Assembly: GCA_005884125.1 (NCBI GenBank)
Contig: VAXP01000119.1
Span: 18,788-81,690 of the forward strand
Source of the DNA: Actinomycetota bacterium
GTDB lineage: Bacteria > Actinomycetota > Acidimicrobiia > Acidimicrobiales > AC-35
Length of the DNA: 62,903 nt
Reading direction: 5' to 3'
A model generated the notes under the pieces. That model made no database searches, had not been told where the DNA came from, and worked only from the letters and a program-made list of their open reading frames with translations. Position numbers and translations under genes: made by a program. Shown here in pieces: positions 54,022-62,903 of this stretch; the stretch's first letter is position 1, and the number at the start of each line of letters is the position of its first letter.

Positions 54022-54904
54022 CGGGCGAGTCGAGCGGCGCCGCCGCCCGATCCCGGAGCACCGCCTCCCCGACCCGCTGCACGTGCCAGGCCGCGTCGCC
54101 CCACGACGCGGCCAGGGCCCAGGCCCGCTTGAGCCACATGTGCAGGTCGTGCTCGACCGTGTAGCCCATGGCCCCGTGGACCTGGAGGGCGGCCCGGGCG
54201 GCCAGGAGGGCGGCTTGCGAGGCGTGGGCCTTGGCCATGGAGACGTGGACGGGATCCATGGACCAGGCGGCCCGGTAGACCACGGGACGGGCGAACTCGA
54301 GCCTCAGGGCCACGTCGGCCAGCTTGTGCTTCACGGCCTGGAATGCGCCGATGGGCTGGCCGAACTGGTGGCGCTGGCCGGCGTAGGCGACGGCCGCGTC
54401 CAGGAGCTGCTGGGCCGTCCCGCACAGCTGGGCGGCCGCGGCCAGGGCGGCCCGGTCCAGGACCGAGCGGGGGTCGAGCTCGAGGCGCTCGGCGTCACCG
54501 GGGTCCCAGCTCACCTCGAACAGGCGCCGAGATCCGTCCACTGCGGGGCACGGCGCGAGCGAGGCCCTGGAGGGCGGAAGCGACCACAGCCCGCCCTCGT
54601 GCTCGAGCACCAGGCGCTCGACCGAGTCGGCGTAGAGCACCAGGGGAGACACGGCCAGCCCCAGCCCCGTCGCCGCCGCCGCGCCGCCGCCCGGGCCCGA
54701 GGCGAAGGTCCCTACCACCGGTTCGGGAACGCAGGCCCGACCCGTCTCCTCCAGCACGAGCACCAGGTCGAGGGGCGAGAAGGCGGCGGCGTCCGCTCCC
54801 ACCACCCCCATGGCGCACAGCTTGGGCCACAGCCCGGGCACCCGGCCCGTCTCGTTCGCCCACGCCCGGCGCAGGGCCGCGGGCGGACACTCCTTCTCCA
54901 ACAT
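53984..54904 (-). CDS. Acyl-CoA dehydrogenase-family protein, short (beta-type) subunit
   Basis: C-terminal ACAD helices AVAYAGQRHQFGQPIGAFQAVKHKLADV...ALQVHGAMGYTVEHDLHMWLKRA. Only 306 aa from ATG 54904. It lies directly after a full-length ACAD. Confidence 0.8.
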   Translation of the reverse strand: MLEKECPPAALRRAWANETGRVPGLWPKLCAMGVVGADAAAFSPLDLVLVLEETGRACVPEPVVGTFASGPGGGAAAATGLGLAVSPLVLYADSVERLVLEHEGGLWSLPPSRASLAPCPAVDGSRRLFEVSWDPGDAERLELDPRSVLDRAALAAAAQLCGTAQQLLDAAVAYAGQRHQFGQPIGAFQAVKHKLADVALRLEFARPVVYRAAWSMDPVHVSMAKAHASQAALLAARAALQVHGAMGYTVEHDLHMWLKRAWALAASWGDAAWHVQRVGEAVLRDRAAAPLDSPVSPGPGRLGTGR

Positions 54905-54911
54905 GTCGCGC

Positions 54912-56039
54912 TCACCGCCGGGGGAGCCCGAGCACGCGCTCGGCCACCACGTTGCGCTGGATCTCGTTGGTGCCGGCGTAGATCGGGCCGGCCAGGGCGA
55001 ACTGGAAGCCCTTGCTCCACGGACCGTCAAGCTCGGCCTCGGGGCCGAGCAGTCGGAGGGCGGTCTCGTGCAGGCGCACGTCGAGCTCGGACCAGAAGAG
55101 CTTGGTGAGGCTGGCCTCGGGCCCGGCCCGCCCCCCGCCGGCCAGCCTGGTGACGGTCTGGAGGGTATGGAGCTGGTACGCCTCGGCGTCCATCCAGGCC
55201 CGCACCACCTCGTCCCTGAGGCCCGGGTCGGGCCGCTCCCGCCACAGCTCGACCAGCCTGGCCGCGGTGGCCTGGAAGCGGCCGGGGCTGCGCAGGGTCA
55301 GCTCCCGTTCCGATCCGGCCGTGTCCATGGCCACCTCCCAGCCCCGGTCCACCTCCCCGAGCACGGCGCCTTCCGGCACCAAGGCGTCCTCCAGGAAGAC
55401 CTCGGCGAAGCCCTCGTCGCCGTCGAGGCGGCCGAAGCCCCTCACCGTCACCCCCTCGGCCGCCAGCGGGACCAGGAAGTAGGTGAGGCCGCGGTGGCGC
55501 TCGGCCGACGGGTCGGTGCGGAAGAGCCCGAACAGGTGGGTGCAGAAGGCGCCCCGGGTCGTCCAGGTCTTCTGCCCCGTCAGGCGCCACCCGGCGCCGG
55601 AGTCGTCGCGGACGGCCATGCTCTTGATGGCAGCCAGGTCGCTGCCGGCGTCGGGCTCCGACCACCCCTGGCACCAGAGGTCCTCGGCCGCGGCCATGCG
55701 GGGCAGGATGCTGTCCTTCTGCTCCTGGGTACCGAACTCGAACAGCGTGGGTGCGAGCAGGAAGATCCCGTTCTGCGTGACCCGCTGGGGACCCCCGGCG
55801 CGGTGGTACTCCTCCTCGAAGATGAGCCACTCGAACAGGGTGGCCTCACGGCCGCCGTACTCCCGGGGCCACGACACCACGGCCCAGCGGGCGTCGAAGA
55901 GCTCGCGCTCCCATTCCCGGTGCAGGGCGAAGCCGGGGGCCGTGTCTCCCGAGGGCAGCCCGCGGGGGACGTTGGCCTCCAGCCAGGCCCGGGCCTCGGC
56001 GCGGAACGCCTCCTCCTCCTCGGTCCAGGTGAGGTCCAA
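54912..56039 (-). CDS. Acyl-CoA dehydrogenase-family protein (alpha-type subunit)
   Basis: 375 aa. WCQGWSEPDAGSDLAAIKS, KTWTTRGAFC, IYAGTNEIQRNVVAERVLGLP. Confidence 0.88.
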   Translation of the reverse strand: MDLTWTEEEEAFRAEARAWLEANVPRGLPSGDTAPGFALHREWERELFDARWAVVSWPREYGGREATLFEWLIFEEEYHRAGGPQRVTQNGIFLLAPTLFEFGTQEQKDSILPRMAAAEDLWCQGWSEPDAGSDLAAIKSMAVRDDSGAGWRLTGQKTWTTRGAFCTHLFGLFRTDPSAERHRGLTYFLVPLAAEGVTVRGFGRLDGDEGFAEVFLEDALVPEGAVLGEVDRGWEVAMDTAGSERELTLRSPGRFQATAARLVELWRERPDPGLRDEVVRAWMDAEAYQLHTLQTVTRLAGGGRAGPEASLTKLFWSELDVRLHETALRLLGPEAELDGPWSKGFQFALAGPIYAGTNEIQRNVVAERVLGLPRR

Positions 56040-56077
56040 CTGGTCGCGGTCGCCCCTGACCCTCTAGCGACGGCGCG

Positions 56078-57298
56078 CTAACGCTCGAGGATCACGCATG
56101 AGCCGTGGCCGAACAGGCCCTGGTTCACGGTCAGGCCCACCTTGGCATCCTGGACCTGGCGCCCCTGGGCCTGGCCTCGCAGCTGCCAGGTGACCTCGCA
56201 CACCTGGGCCAGGGCCTGGGCGGGGACGGCCTCCCCGAAGCAGGACAACCCCCCGCTGGGGTTCACCGGCACCCGCCCGCCCAGGGCGGTGTCGCCGTCG
56301 TGCAGCAGGCGCTCCGCCTCCCCGGGCTTGCACAGCCCGATGTTCTCGTACCAGTCGAGCTCCAGGGCCGAGGACAGGTCGTAGACCTCGGCCAGGCTCA
56401 GGTCCTCCGGACCGACCCCCGCCTCCTGGTAGGCCTTCTCGGCTATCGAGTCGCGGAAGGGCGACTCGGGCGGGGCCACGGTGGCGGCCGAGTCGGTGGC
56501 GAAGTTGGGCATCTCGATGACGGTGTTGGGGAACCGGGGGGTGACGGTGGAGAGGCCCGCCACCCGCACCGGGCCCGTCGTCCGCCGCCTGGCGAACTCG
56601 AGGCTCGAGAGCACGACGGCCGCGCCGCCGTCGCTCGTGGCGCAGATCTCCAGCAGGCGCAGGGGGTCGGCGACGAGAGGGGAGGCCAGCACCTCCTCCT
56701 CCGTCACCTCCTTGCGATAGCGGGCGTAGGGGTTGGCCATCCCGTGACGGGCGTTCTTCACCTTGACCCTGGCGAAGTCGGCATCGGTGGCGCCGTGCAG
56801 CTCCATGCGGCGCCGGGCGTAGAGGGCGAAGTAGGTGGGGTTGGTGGCGCCCAGCAGCCGGAAGCGGAGCCAGTCGGGGTCGTCGGGCCTGTCGCCCGAG
56901 GTGGGGGCCAGGAAGCCCCTGGGCGTGGTGTCGGCGCCCACGACCAGGGCGACGTCGCACAGCCCGGCCAGGATCTGGGCTCGCGCCGCGCCCAGGGCCG
57001 TGGCCCCCGACGCGCAGGCCGAGTAGGAGCTGGCCACCTGGGCTCCCTGCCAGCCCAGGGCCTGGGCGAAGGTGGAGCCGGCCACGTAGCCGGGATATCC
57101 GTTGCGCACCGTGTCGGCCCCGGACACGAACTGCACGTCGGGCCAGTCGAGGCCGGCGTCGTCCAGGGCGGCCCGGGCCGCGACCAGGCCGTACTCGACG
57201 AAGCTCCTGCCCCACTTGCCCCAGGGGTGCATGCCCACGCCGAGGACGGCGACCCGGCCCCGCCCGCTCGCCTGCGGTGCCGCCTCCGTCCCGCTCAC
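56078..57298 (-). CDS. SCP2/lipid-transfer-type thiolase (non-specific lipid-transfer protein Ltp-like)
   Basis: VAVLGVGMHPWGKW, SSYSACASGATALG (active-site Cys region), NPSGGLSCFGEAVPAQ, GLFGHGSCVIL. Start set at GTG 57298, overlapping the DUF35 TGA. Confidence 0.85.
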   Translation of the reverse strand: MSGTEAAPQASGRGRVAVLGVGMHPWGKWGRSFVEYGLVAARAALDDAGLDWPDVQFVSGADTVRNGYPGYVAGSTFAQALGWQGAQVASSYSACASGATALGAARAQILAGLCDVALVVGADTTPRGFLAPTSGDRPDDPDWLRFRLLGATNPTYFALYARRRMELHGATDADFARVKVKNARHGMANPYARYRKEVTEEEVLASPLVADPLRLLEICATSDGGAAVVLSSLEFARRRTTGPVRVAGLSTVTPRFPNTVIEMPNFATDSAATVAPPESPFRDSIAEKAYQEAGVGPEDLSLAEVYDLSSALELDWYENIGLCKPGEAERLLHDGDTALGGRVPVNPSGGLSCFGEAVPAQALAQVCEVTWQLRGQAQGRQVQDAKVGLTVNQGLFGHGSCVILER

Positions 57299-57714
57299 AG
57301 CGGTCTCCACTTCCATACGACGTGCTCGTGCTCGTCGTCCTCGAACAAGGTGGCCAGCACCAGCTCGACCTCGGCGCCGACCCGGAGCCGGGTCGGGTCA
57401 CCGTCGAGCTGTCCCAGCACGACCATCTTCTCCTCGGCCAGCTCCACGGCTGCGATGGTGTAGGGCTGGAAGGGGTCGCCGGCCACGAAGGGCGGAGGCG
57501 GGGCGTAGTGGTTGGTCGTGTAGGACCACACCCGGCCCCGACGGCTGAGGGGCGCCTCCTCGAAGTCCCCGCCCCGGCAGCCCGGGTTGCGACAGGCCGT
57601 CTCCGCCCTGGGGAAGAACACCGTCCCGCACGTCACGCAGCGGTTCCCCAGCAGGTGGGGCTGGTCCTCGTCCATGGTGAACCAGCCCTCGACGGCCGGG
57701 ACCCTGGCCTTCAT
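57295..57714 (-). CDS. DUF35 Zn-ribbon + OB-fold protein (thiolase partner)
   Basis: LLGNRCVTCGTVFFPRAETACRNPGCRG (rubredoxin-like ribbon) followed by an OB fold, YTIAAVELAEEKMVVLGQL. Confidence 0.85.
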   Translation of the reverse strand: MKARVPAVEGWFTMDEDQPHLLGNRCVTCGTVFFPRAETACRNPGCRGGDFEEAPLSRRGRVWSYTTNHYAPPPPFVAGDPFQPYTIAAVELAEEKMVVLGQLDGDPTRLRVGAEVELVLATLFEDDEHEHVVWKWRPL

Positions 57715-57802
57715 CCGTCGATGGGACGCGGCGCAGCTGGGCGGCGGGCGGTCACCGGCCCCACATTAGGAGCTGGCCCCCGAGGTGGCGGTGCCGCCGC
57801 CG

Positions 57803-59659
57803 CTAGGGCGGGTCCGACGGGGCCGAGCCGCTCGTCCCTCCGCCCGACCGGCGACGGTCGGGCTCGCGCAGCAGCCGCTTGCGGGCCCGGATCGAGGAGG
57901 GGGTGATCTCCACCAGCTCGTCGTCGGCGATGACCTCGATGGCCGACTCGATGGTCAGCCGGCGCGCGGGCGCGAGCTTGATGGCCTCGTCCGATGCGTG
58001 GGTGCGTATGTTGGTCTTCTGCTTCTCCCGGGTCACGTTCACGACCATGTCCCCGGGGCGGGAGCTCTCGCCCACGACCATGCCCTCGTACACCGGCTCA
58101 CCGGGTACCACGAACAGCTCGCCCCGCAGCTGGAGCTTGTCCAGGGCATAGCCCGTCGCCGAGCCCGGCCTGTCGGCCACCATGGCGCCTCCCCTCCGCT
58201 GTGGGAGCTCGCCCATCCAAGGAGCCCAGCCCCGGTGGCGGGTGTGGAGCACGGCCGTGCCGCGCGTGAGGGTGAGGAGCTGGGAGCGGAAGCCGAGCAG
58301 GCCCCGAGCCGGAGCCTCGAAGCGCACGATGCTGCGACCGGGGTTGCCCGTGCGCACGTCGAGCACCGTGCCCCGCCGGGAGGCCAGGGCCTGGGAGACG
58401 GTCCCGACGTGGTCGTCGGGCACGTCGACCACACCCTCCTCGACGGGCTCGTGGCGGACATCGCCGATCCTGCGGGTGAGGACCTCGGGCCTGCTCACCT
58501 CCATCTCGTATCCCTCCCGCCGCATCGACTCGATGAGGACGGCCAGCTGGAGGTCGCCTCTACCCGCCACCTGGATCACATCGGGGGAGTCGGTGTCCTC
58601 CAAGCGGATGGCCACGTTGCCCATGACCTCGCGCTCGAGGCGGTTGCGCAGGTGCCTGGACGTCAGGAAGCGCCCCTCCTTGCCGGCCAGGGGTGAGGTG
58701 TTGACGCCGAAGGTCATGCGCAGGACGGGCTCGTCCACCGTGAGGCGCTCGAGCGGGTCGGGGTCGGCGGGATCGGCCAGCGTGTCGCCGATCTGGACGT
58801 CGGGGAAGCCGGCCAGGACGAACAGGTCCCCCGCGGCCAGCTCGTCCACCTCCTTGCGGCCCAGGCCCTCGATGGCCAGCAGCCGTGTCGGCCGGCGGGC
58901 GACGGCGGCGCCCGTGGCGTGGACCAGGGTCACCGGCCTCGCGGCGCGCAGCGTTCCCCGGACGATCCGTCCCACCGCCAGCCGTCCCAGGTACTCCGAC
59001 GCGTCCAGGTTGGTGACCAGGGCCTGGAGGGGCGCACCGGGATCGCCGATTGGTGCCGGCACCGTGCGCAGCACGGCATCGAGCAGGGGCGCCAGGTCGG
59101 CACCGGGCGGGGGCAGGCCCACTCCCTCCGTGGCCCGACCGTCGCGGGCCACGGCCGAGATCACCGGGAACTCGATGTGGTGGTCGGATACCTCCAGGTC
59201 GAGGAAGAGCTGATAGATCTCGTCCAGGACCTCGGCGGACCGGGCATCGGACCGATCCACCTTGTTGAGCACGACCACGGCGGGCAGGTCGCCCGCCACC
59301 ACCTTGGACAGCACGTACCGGGTCTGGGGCAGCGGGCCCTCGGCCGCGTCGACCAGGAGCAGCACGCCGTCGACCATGGCCAGGGCCCGCTCGACCTCGC
59401 CGCCGAAGTCGGCGTGACCGGGAGTGTCGACCAGGTTCACCTTCACGCCCCGCCAGATCACGGACGCCGCCTTGGCCAGGATGGTGATGCCCCGCTCCCG
59501 CTCCTGGTCGGTCGAGTCGAGAACCCGTTCCACGAACTCGTGGCGGGGGCCGAACACCCCCGTCTGACGCAGGATGGCATCGACCAGGGTCGTCTTGCCG
59601 TGGTCGACGTGAGCGACCAGGGCCACGTTCCGGATGGCGGCAACCTCCACGGGGACCAT
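57803..59659 (-). CDS. typA: Translational GTPase TypA/BipA
   Basis: [44 protein letters not shown]; 618 aa from ATG 59659. Confidence 0.96.
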   Translation of the reverse strand: MVPVEVAAIRNVALVAHVDHGKTTLVDAILRQTGVFGPRHEFVERVLDSTDQERERGITILAKAASVIWRGVKVNLVDTPGHADFGGEVERALAMVDGVLLLVDAAEGPLPQTRYVLSKVVAGDLPAVVVLNKVDRSDARSAEVLDEIYQLFLDLEVSDHHIEFPVISAVARDGRATEGVGLPPPGADLAPLLDAVLRTVPAPIGDPGAPLQALVTNLDASEYLGRLAVGRIVRGTLRAARPVTLVHATGAAVARRPTRLLAIEGLGRKEVDELAAGDLFVLAGFPDVQIGDTLADPADPDPLERLTVDEPVLRMTFGVNTSPLAGKEGRFLTSRHLRNRLEREVMGNVAIRLEDTDSPDVIQVAGRGDLQLAVLIESMRREGYEMEVSRPEVLTRRIGDVRHEPVEEGVVDVPDDHVGTVSQALASRRGTVLDVRTGNPGRSIVRFEAPARGLLGFRSQLLTLTRGTAVLHTRHRGWAPWMGELPQRRGGAMVADRPGSATGYALDKLQLRGELFVVPGEPVYEGMVVGESSRPGDMVVNVTREKQKTNIRTHASDEAIKLAPARRLTIESAIEVIADDELVEITPSSIRARKRLLREPDRRRSGGGTSGSAPSDPP

Positions 59660-59848
59660 GATGCTCCAGGCGCCCTCCGGCCAAGCACCGCCGCCGCGCC
59701 CGCGGGCCGGGAGCACGCTCCGGACCTGCGAGGATGACCGCGAGCCACGGAGTGGTCACCCGTGTGGGCCCCAGCCCCAGCTCGTCTCTTCTCGAGAGTT
59801 TCAACCAGGCGCAACGCCCGCGAAATACAGCTTCACGAGCATTGGTCC

Positions 59849-61012
59849 GTGACAGTGGAAGCCGAGCCCGCGCCGTCCGGGCCGCCCAGTCTCGCCGGAC
59901 TGGTCGTCGGCATCACCGCCGACCGCCGGGCCGGCGAGCAGGCCGAGCTGCTGCGTCGCATGGGGGCGAAGGTCCTGCACGGACCGACGATCAACACCCT
60001 CACCGTGGGGGACCAGGACCGGGTGTTGGCCGCGACCGCCGACGTCGTCGCTCGACCGCCGGAGGTCGTTCTCGCCACCACCGGGATCGGTATGCGCAGC
60101 TGGATGGTGATGGCGGAGACGGCCGGGGTGGATGCCGCTCTTCTCCGGACCCTGGGTCGGGCGCGCATCGTGGCCCGAGGCCCGAAGGCGGCAGGCGCGG
60201 TGCGGCAGATGGGTCTCGAGGTCTGGCACCTCGAAGAGACCGAGCGCCTCGACGGCATGGTCGCCTGGCTGGTGGATCGGGGCGTCTCAGGGGTGCGTAT
60301 GGCGCTTCAGGAGTACGGCAACCAGGCTCCCTGGGCTCTGGCCGCCCTCCGCGATGCCGGAGCCGACGTGACCAGCGTCCCCGTCTACCGCTGGACGCTC
60401 CCGCCGGACCGGGCGCCCGCCATCAGGCTCATACAGGCCACCGTCGACGGGCGGGTCGATGTGGTCACCTTCACCAGCGCGCCCGCGGTCGGGAACATGT
60501 TCGCCATCGCCTCGGCCGCCGGGCTGGACGACCGGTTGCGCCCCGCCCTGCAACGCATGGTCGTGGCCGCGGTCGGTCCGGTAACGGCCGCCGCCGTCGC
60601 CGGCATGGGCATGGACGGCTGCGTCGCACCCGACCGGGGCCGGCTCGGCCTGATGGTCAGGCGGCTGTCGGATTCGCTCGTGGGTAGCGGCGACCGGGTG
60701 GCGGTGGGCGATGCCGAGGTGATCGTCCGGGGGTCGGCGGTCATGAGGGGCGGCATGCGCATCGAGCTTCCCGATCGGGAGCGGGCGCTGCTCGCTGCTC
60801 TGCTCCGGCGGCCGGGAGCGGTGGTCTCCCGGCGGGCCCTGTTGGCCGAGCTGTGGGGCGCGGACGCCGACCCCAAGACGGTGGACTCGGCCATGGCCCG
60901 GCTCCGGCGCCGGGTGGCCGGCGTGGGTCTGGCCATCCAGGCTGTGCCCCGCCGCGGCTACCGGTTGGACACGGCCGGCCAGACGCCGGACGTCACCCGG
61001 GCTGACCGGTGA
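59849..61012 (+). CDS. nnaR: Uroporphyrinogen-III synthase (HemD)-like domain fused to an OmpR/PhoB-type winged-helix DNA-binding domain (NnaR-like nitrate/nitrite assimilation regulator)
   Basis: HemD-like VVLATTGIGMRSW...VTFTSAPAV; C-terminal LPDRERALLAALLRRPGAVVSRRALLAELWG...VDSAMARLRRRV...VPRRGYRL. Start at GTG 59849 or 59855. Confidence 0.8.
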   Translation: MTVEAEPAPSGPPSLAGLVVGITADRRAGEQAELLRRMGAKVLHGPTINTLTVGDQDRVLAATADVVARPPEVVLATTGIGMRSWMVMAETAGVDAALLRTLGRARIVARGPKAAGAVRQMGLEVWHLEETERLDGMVAWLVDRGVSGVRMALQEYGNQAPWALAALRDAGADVTSVPVYRWTLPPDRAPAIRLIQATVDGRVDVVTFTSAPAVGNMFAIASAAGLDDRLRPALQRMVVAAVGPVTAAAVAGMGMDGCVAPDRGRLGLMVRRLSDSLVGSGDRVAVGDAEVIVRGSAVMRGGMRIELPDRERALLAALLRRPGAVVSRRALLAELWGADADPKTVDSAMARLRRRVAGVGLAIQAVPRRGYRLDTAGQTPDVTRADR

Positions 61013-61940
61013 CCAGCGCGCTCACCGACTCTCTGGTCTCGACGACGGCCCCGTCCACCCTCGGTGCGGCCGCGCCTTCGACCTCCCGAGCCAGAGCCGT
61101 GACCCCCGCCACCGTGTCGGTGGCACCCGCGGCGACGGCAACGGGCTCTGCCCGACCGGCCCAACCGTAGGCCAAGCCGACGAGCAGTCCCCCGCCGAGG
61201 ACGTTTCCGGGGACGGTGAACACCAGGTTGCGCGTCATCTCGGACCAGCCGGCCAGAGGGACGTGCCCGAATATCCCCAGGCCGAAGACCGTCATGTTGG
61301 CGATGGAGTGCTCGAAGCCGGAGGCGATGAAGGCCAGCAGGGCCCACCACAGGCAGATGAGCTTGGCCGCGTCGCTCCTGGTGCGACCGGCCATCCACAG
61401 AGCCAGGCAGACGAGCATGTTGCACAGGATGGAGCGCATGAAGAGCTGCCCACCGCTGAGCCCCGCCTTGGACTTGACGATCCCCGCGAGCGTCGCCATG
61501 AAGACCGTTGGCTGGCCCCTGGCCGCGCCCGCGCTCAGGACGCCGCTGGCGTTGACGAGACCGGCGAACAGCAGCGACCCGGCCAGGTTGCCCAGCAGGG
61601 ACGCGACCCAGACGACCCCGACGTCGAGGGCCCGCACCCTTCTCCTCATGAGGCCCTGGAGCATGACCATGACATTGCCGGTGAACAGCTCGGCCCCGGC
61701 GAAGACAACCAGGGTCAGGGCCACCCCGAAGACGGCGCCCTGGACGAGCTTCGCGCTGGGCGACTTCGCCGCCACGAATGCGGCGCTGACCATCACCAGC
61801 AGGACGACAGCGACCCCGACGTAGGCCCCGGCCATGGCCGAGGTGGCCAGGTACCTGGCCATGGATGTTCTGGCGGCGCGCGCCTTGGTGATCGCGGACG
61901 TCTGCTGGTCTTCCAACGCCTCGCTGACGGGAATGGGCAT
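60993..61940 (-). CDS. Formate/nitrite transporter family protein (NirC/FocA-like)
   Basis: GAELFTGNVMVM and FIASGFEHSIANM pore motifs, plus a C-terminal cytoplasmic extension. Confidence 0.9.
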   Translation of the reverse strand: MPIPVSEALEDQQTSAITKARAARTSMARYLATSAMAGAYVGVAVVLLVMVSAAFVAAKSPSAKLVQGAVFGVALTLVVFAGAELFTGNVMVMLQGLMRRRVRALDVGVVWVASLLGNLAGSLLFAGLVNASGVLSAGAARGQPTVFMATLAGIVKSKAGLSGGQLFMRSILCNMLVCLALWMAGRTRSDAAKLICLWWALLAFIASGFEHSIANMTVFGLGIFGHVPLAGWSEMTRNLVFTVPGNVLGGGLLVGLAYGWAGRAEPVAVAAGATDTVAGVTALAREVEGAAAPRVDGAVVETRESVSALVTGQPG

Positions 61941-61985
61941 GGAGCTCCTCTCTCTCGCTCTCTCGCTGATGCTCGGTGGATCCCC

Positions 61986-62903
61986 TTAGACCAGGGCGGC
62001 TTCCAGGGGGGGCGACACGGCCGGGGCCGAGCCAGCTGGGAGCCGGTCGGGCTCGTCCCCTCCCGCCTCGAACCCGGAGGCGACGGACTCGAGATGGGCG
62101 CAGAAGGCCTCGATGCCGATCCGGGAGATGGTCCCGGCCATGGACTCGCCCGCGGTACGCAACGCTTCCCAGCACCCGACGAGCGACCCGACGGTGTCCT
62201 CGACGTCTTCCTCGGCCACCCGACCGGCGAGGACGCCGAGGCGCCCCCACCCCAGGTCGGCGCCCAGCCAGACGTGGTACCCCAGCCGGACCCGACCGCC
62301 GATCCGAACCTTGGCGCCGGACAGACCTATGTCGGCTGCATGGTGCTGGGCGCAAGAGTTGGGACAGCCCGAGACGTGGAGCCGAAGACCCGTGTTCCGT
62401 GCCAGCGCCGGATGGCTCAGCAGGCGGGCGCCGACGGAGGGTGCGGCCGTGATGCCCAGGCTGCAGACGGCGGACCCCGTACAGGCCCGGACGTCGGTGG
62501 CGCCATCGGCACCCTCGGCGCACAGGCCGTGGGCCAGCAGCGCCCGGCGCAGCCTCGGGATGTCGTGGACGAGGACGTCGCGGAACATGGCGTTCTGGTT
62601 CCGCGTCAGGTGCAGCCGGCCGCTGCCCATGGGCGCGAGCGACGCCAGCAGCCTCATGTCGTCGCTGTCGAGGTCCCCCAGAGGGACGTTGACCGTCACC
62701 ATGGCTCGCCCCTGCTGGCGCTGGGGCCTGACACCCCCGGCCCAACCGCCCGGTGGGACGACGGCCAGGACGCGGGCGAAGTCGGCCGGAGCGGGGACCT
62801 CGACGCCGCCCGGCCCCGCGCCACCCCGGCGACGAGCCCGGACGAGGGCGTCGTCGAAGGCGGCGCGGAACATCTCCGCGCCGATCCTCTCCGTCACGAA
62901 CTT
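61986..62903 (-). CDS. Ferredoxin-type nitrite/sulfite reductase, C-terminal half (5' end outside the window)
   Basis: Sirohaem-[4Fe-4S] cysteine clusters VRACTGSAVCSLG and VSGCPNSCAQHHAADIG. The frame stays open to the window edge. Confidence 0.88.
   Translation of the reverse strand, partial: KFVTERIGAEMFRAAFDDALVRARRRGGAGPGGVEVPAPADFARVLAVVPPGGWAGGVRPQRQQGRAMVTVNVPLGDLDSDDMRLLASLAPMGSGRLHLTRNQNAMFRDVLVHDIPRLRRALLAHGLCAEGADGATDVRACTGSAVCSLGITAAPSVGARLLSHPALARNTGLRLHVSGCPNSCAQHHAADIGLSGAKVRIGGRVRLGYHVWLGADLGWGRLGVLAGRVAEEDVEDTVGSLVGCWEALRTAGESMAGTISRIGIEAFCAHLESVASGFEAGGDEPDRLPAGSAPAVSPPLEAALV

Noticed and set aside
59660-59848. GlnR-box (gTnAc-n6-GaAAc) operators in the typA/nnaR-like intergenic region.
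   Set aside because: GTTTC/GAAAT and GTTGC half-sites are present, but their spacing is off by 2 nt or the order is wrong. That is not enough to call a binding site.

Overview
Very GC-rich window (about 70% or more by eye, not computed). It is gene-dense, with many 4-nt start/stop overlaps and almost no non-coding DNA. The content points to a high-GC Actinomycetota chromosome: two actinobacteria-type mini ribosomal proteins (bS22-like, bL37-like) and Mycobacterium-like gene order. The class within the phylum cannot be told from this window.

The backbone (about 7.2-29.2 kb, mostly minus strand) is the ancient housekeeping array ftsB-eno-mazG-(parvulin)-mfd-(deacetylase)-pth-rplY-prs-glmU-(FGGY kinase)-tRNA-Gln / bS22 / ispE-rsmA-(RlpA-like)-tatD-metG / abrB-like / rsmI-DUF192-ychF.

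- Left flank: a form-II CoxL/CoxS molybdenum hydroxylase cluster with CoxD/CoxE/XdhC maturation genes, and a truncated DUF1707-LiaF-like-cyclase fusion gene.
- Right half: metabolic and accessory cassettes. These are carboxyltransferase, GDPD, PfkB kinase, peroxiredoxin, pepN, xseAB, a CaCA antiporter, a GT4 + 2 methyltransferase + (alpha/alpha)6 cassette, an Nramp-related transporter with a stand-alone MgtE sensor module, GNAT+GH20, PT-rich proteins + ApbE + ferric-reductase-like haem protein, an ACAD pair + SCP2-thiolase + DUF35, typA, and an NnaR-like regulator with nirC/nirA.

The strongest second-look items are:
1. An in-frame TGA exactly at the peroxidatic Cys of a Bcp peroxiredoxin, with a SECIS-like hairpin just downstream (candidate selenoprotein).
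2. An NRMT-type Nramp paired with a pore-less MgtE sensor protein.
3. A methylated-polysaccharide-like four-gene cassette.
4. Several items the ORF track misses: tRNA-Gln, bS22, bL37, the N-terminal half of the peroxiredoxin, the edge-truncated cyclase gene, a non-ATG/GTG pth start, a frameshifted rsmI tail and a truncated glmU.

I saw no transposases, integrases, CRISPR arrays or rRNA. All calls come from reading translations and motifs by eye. No database search was run.
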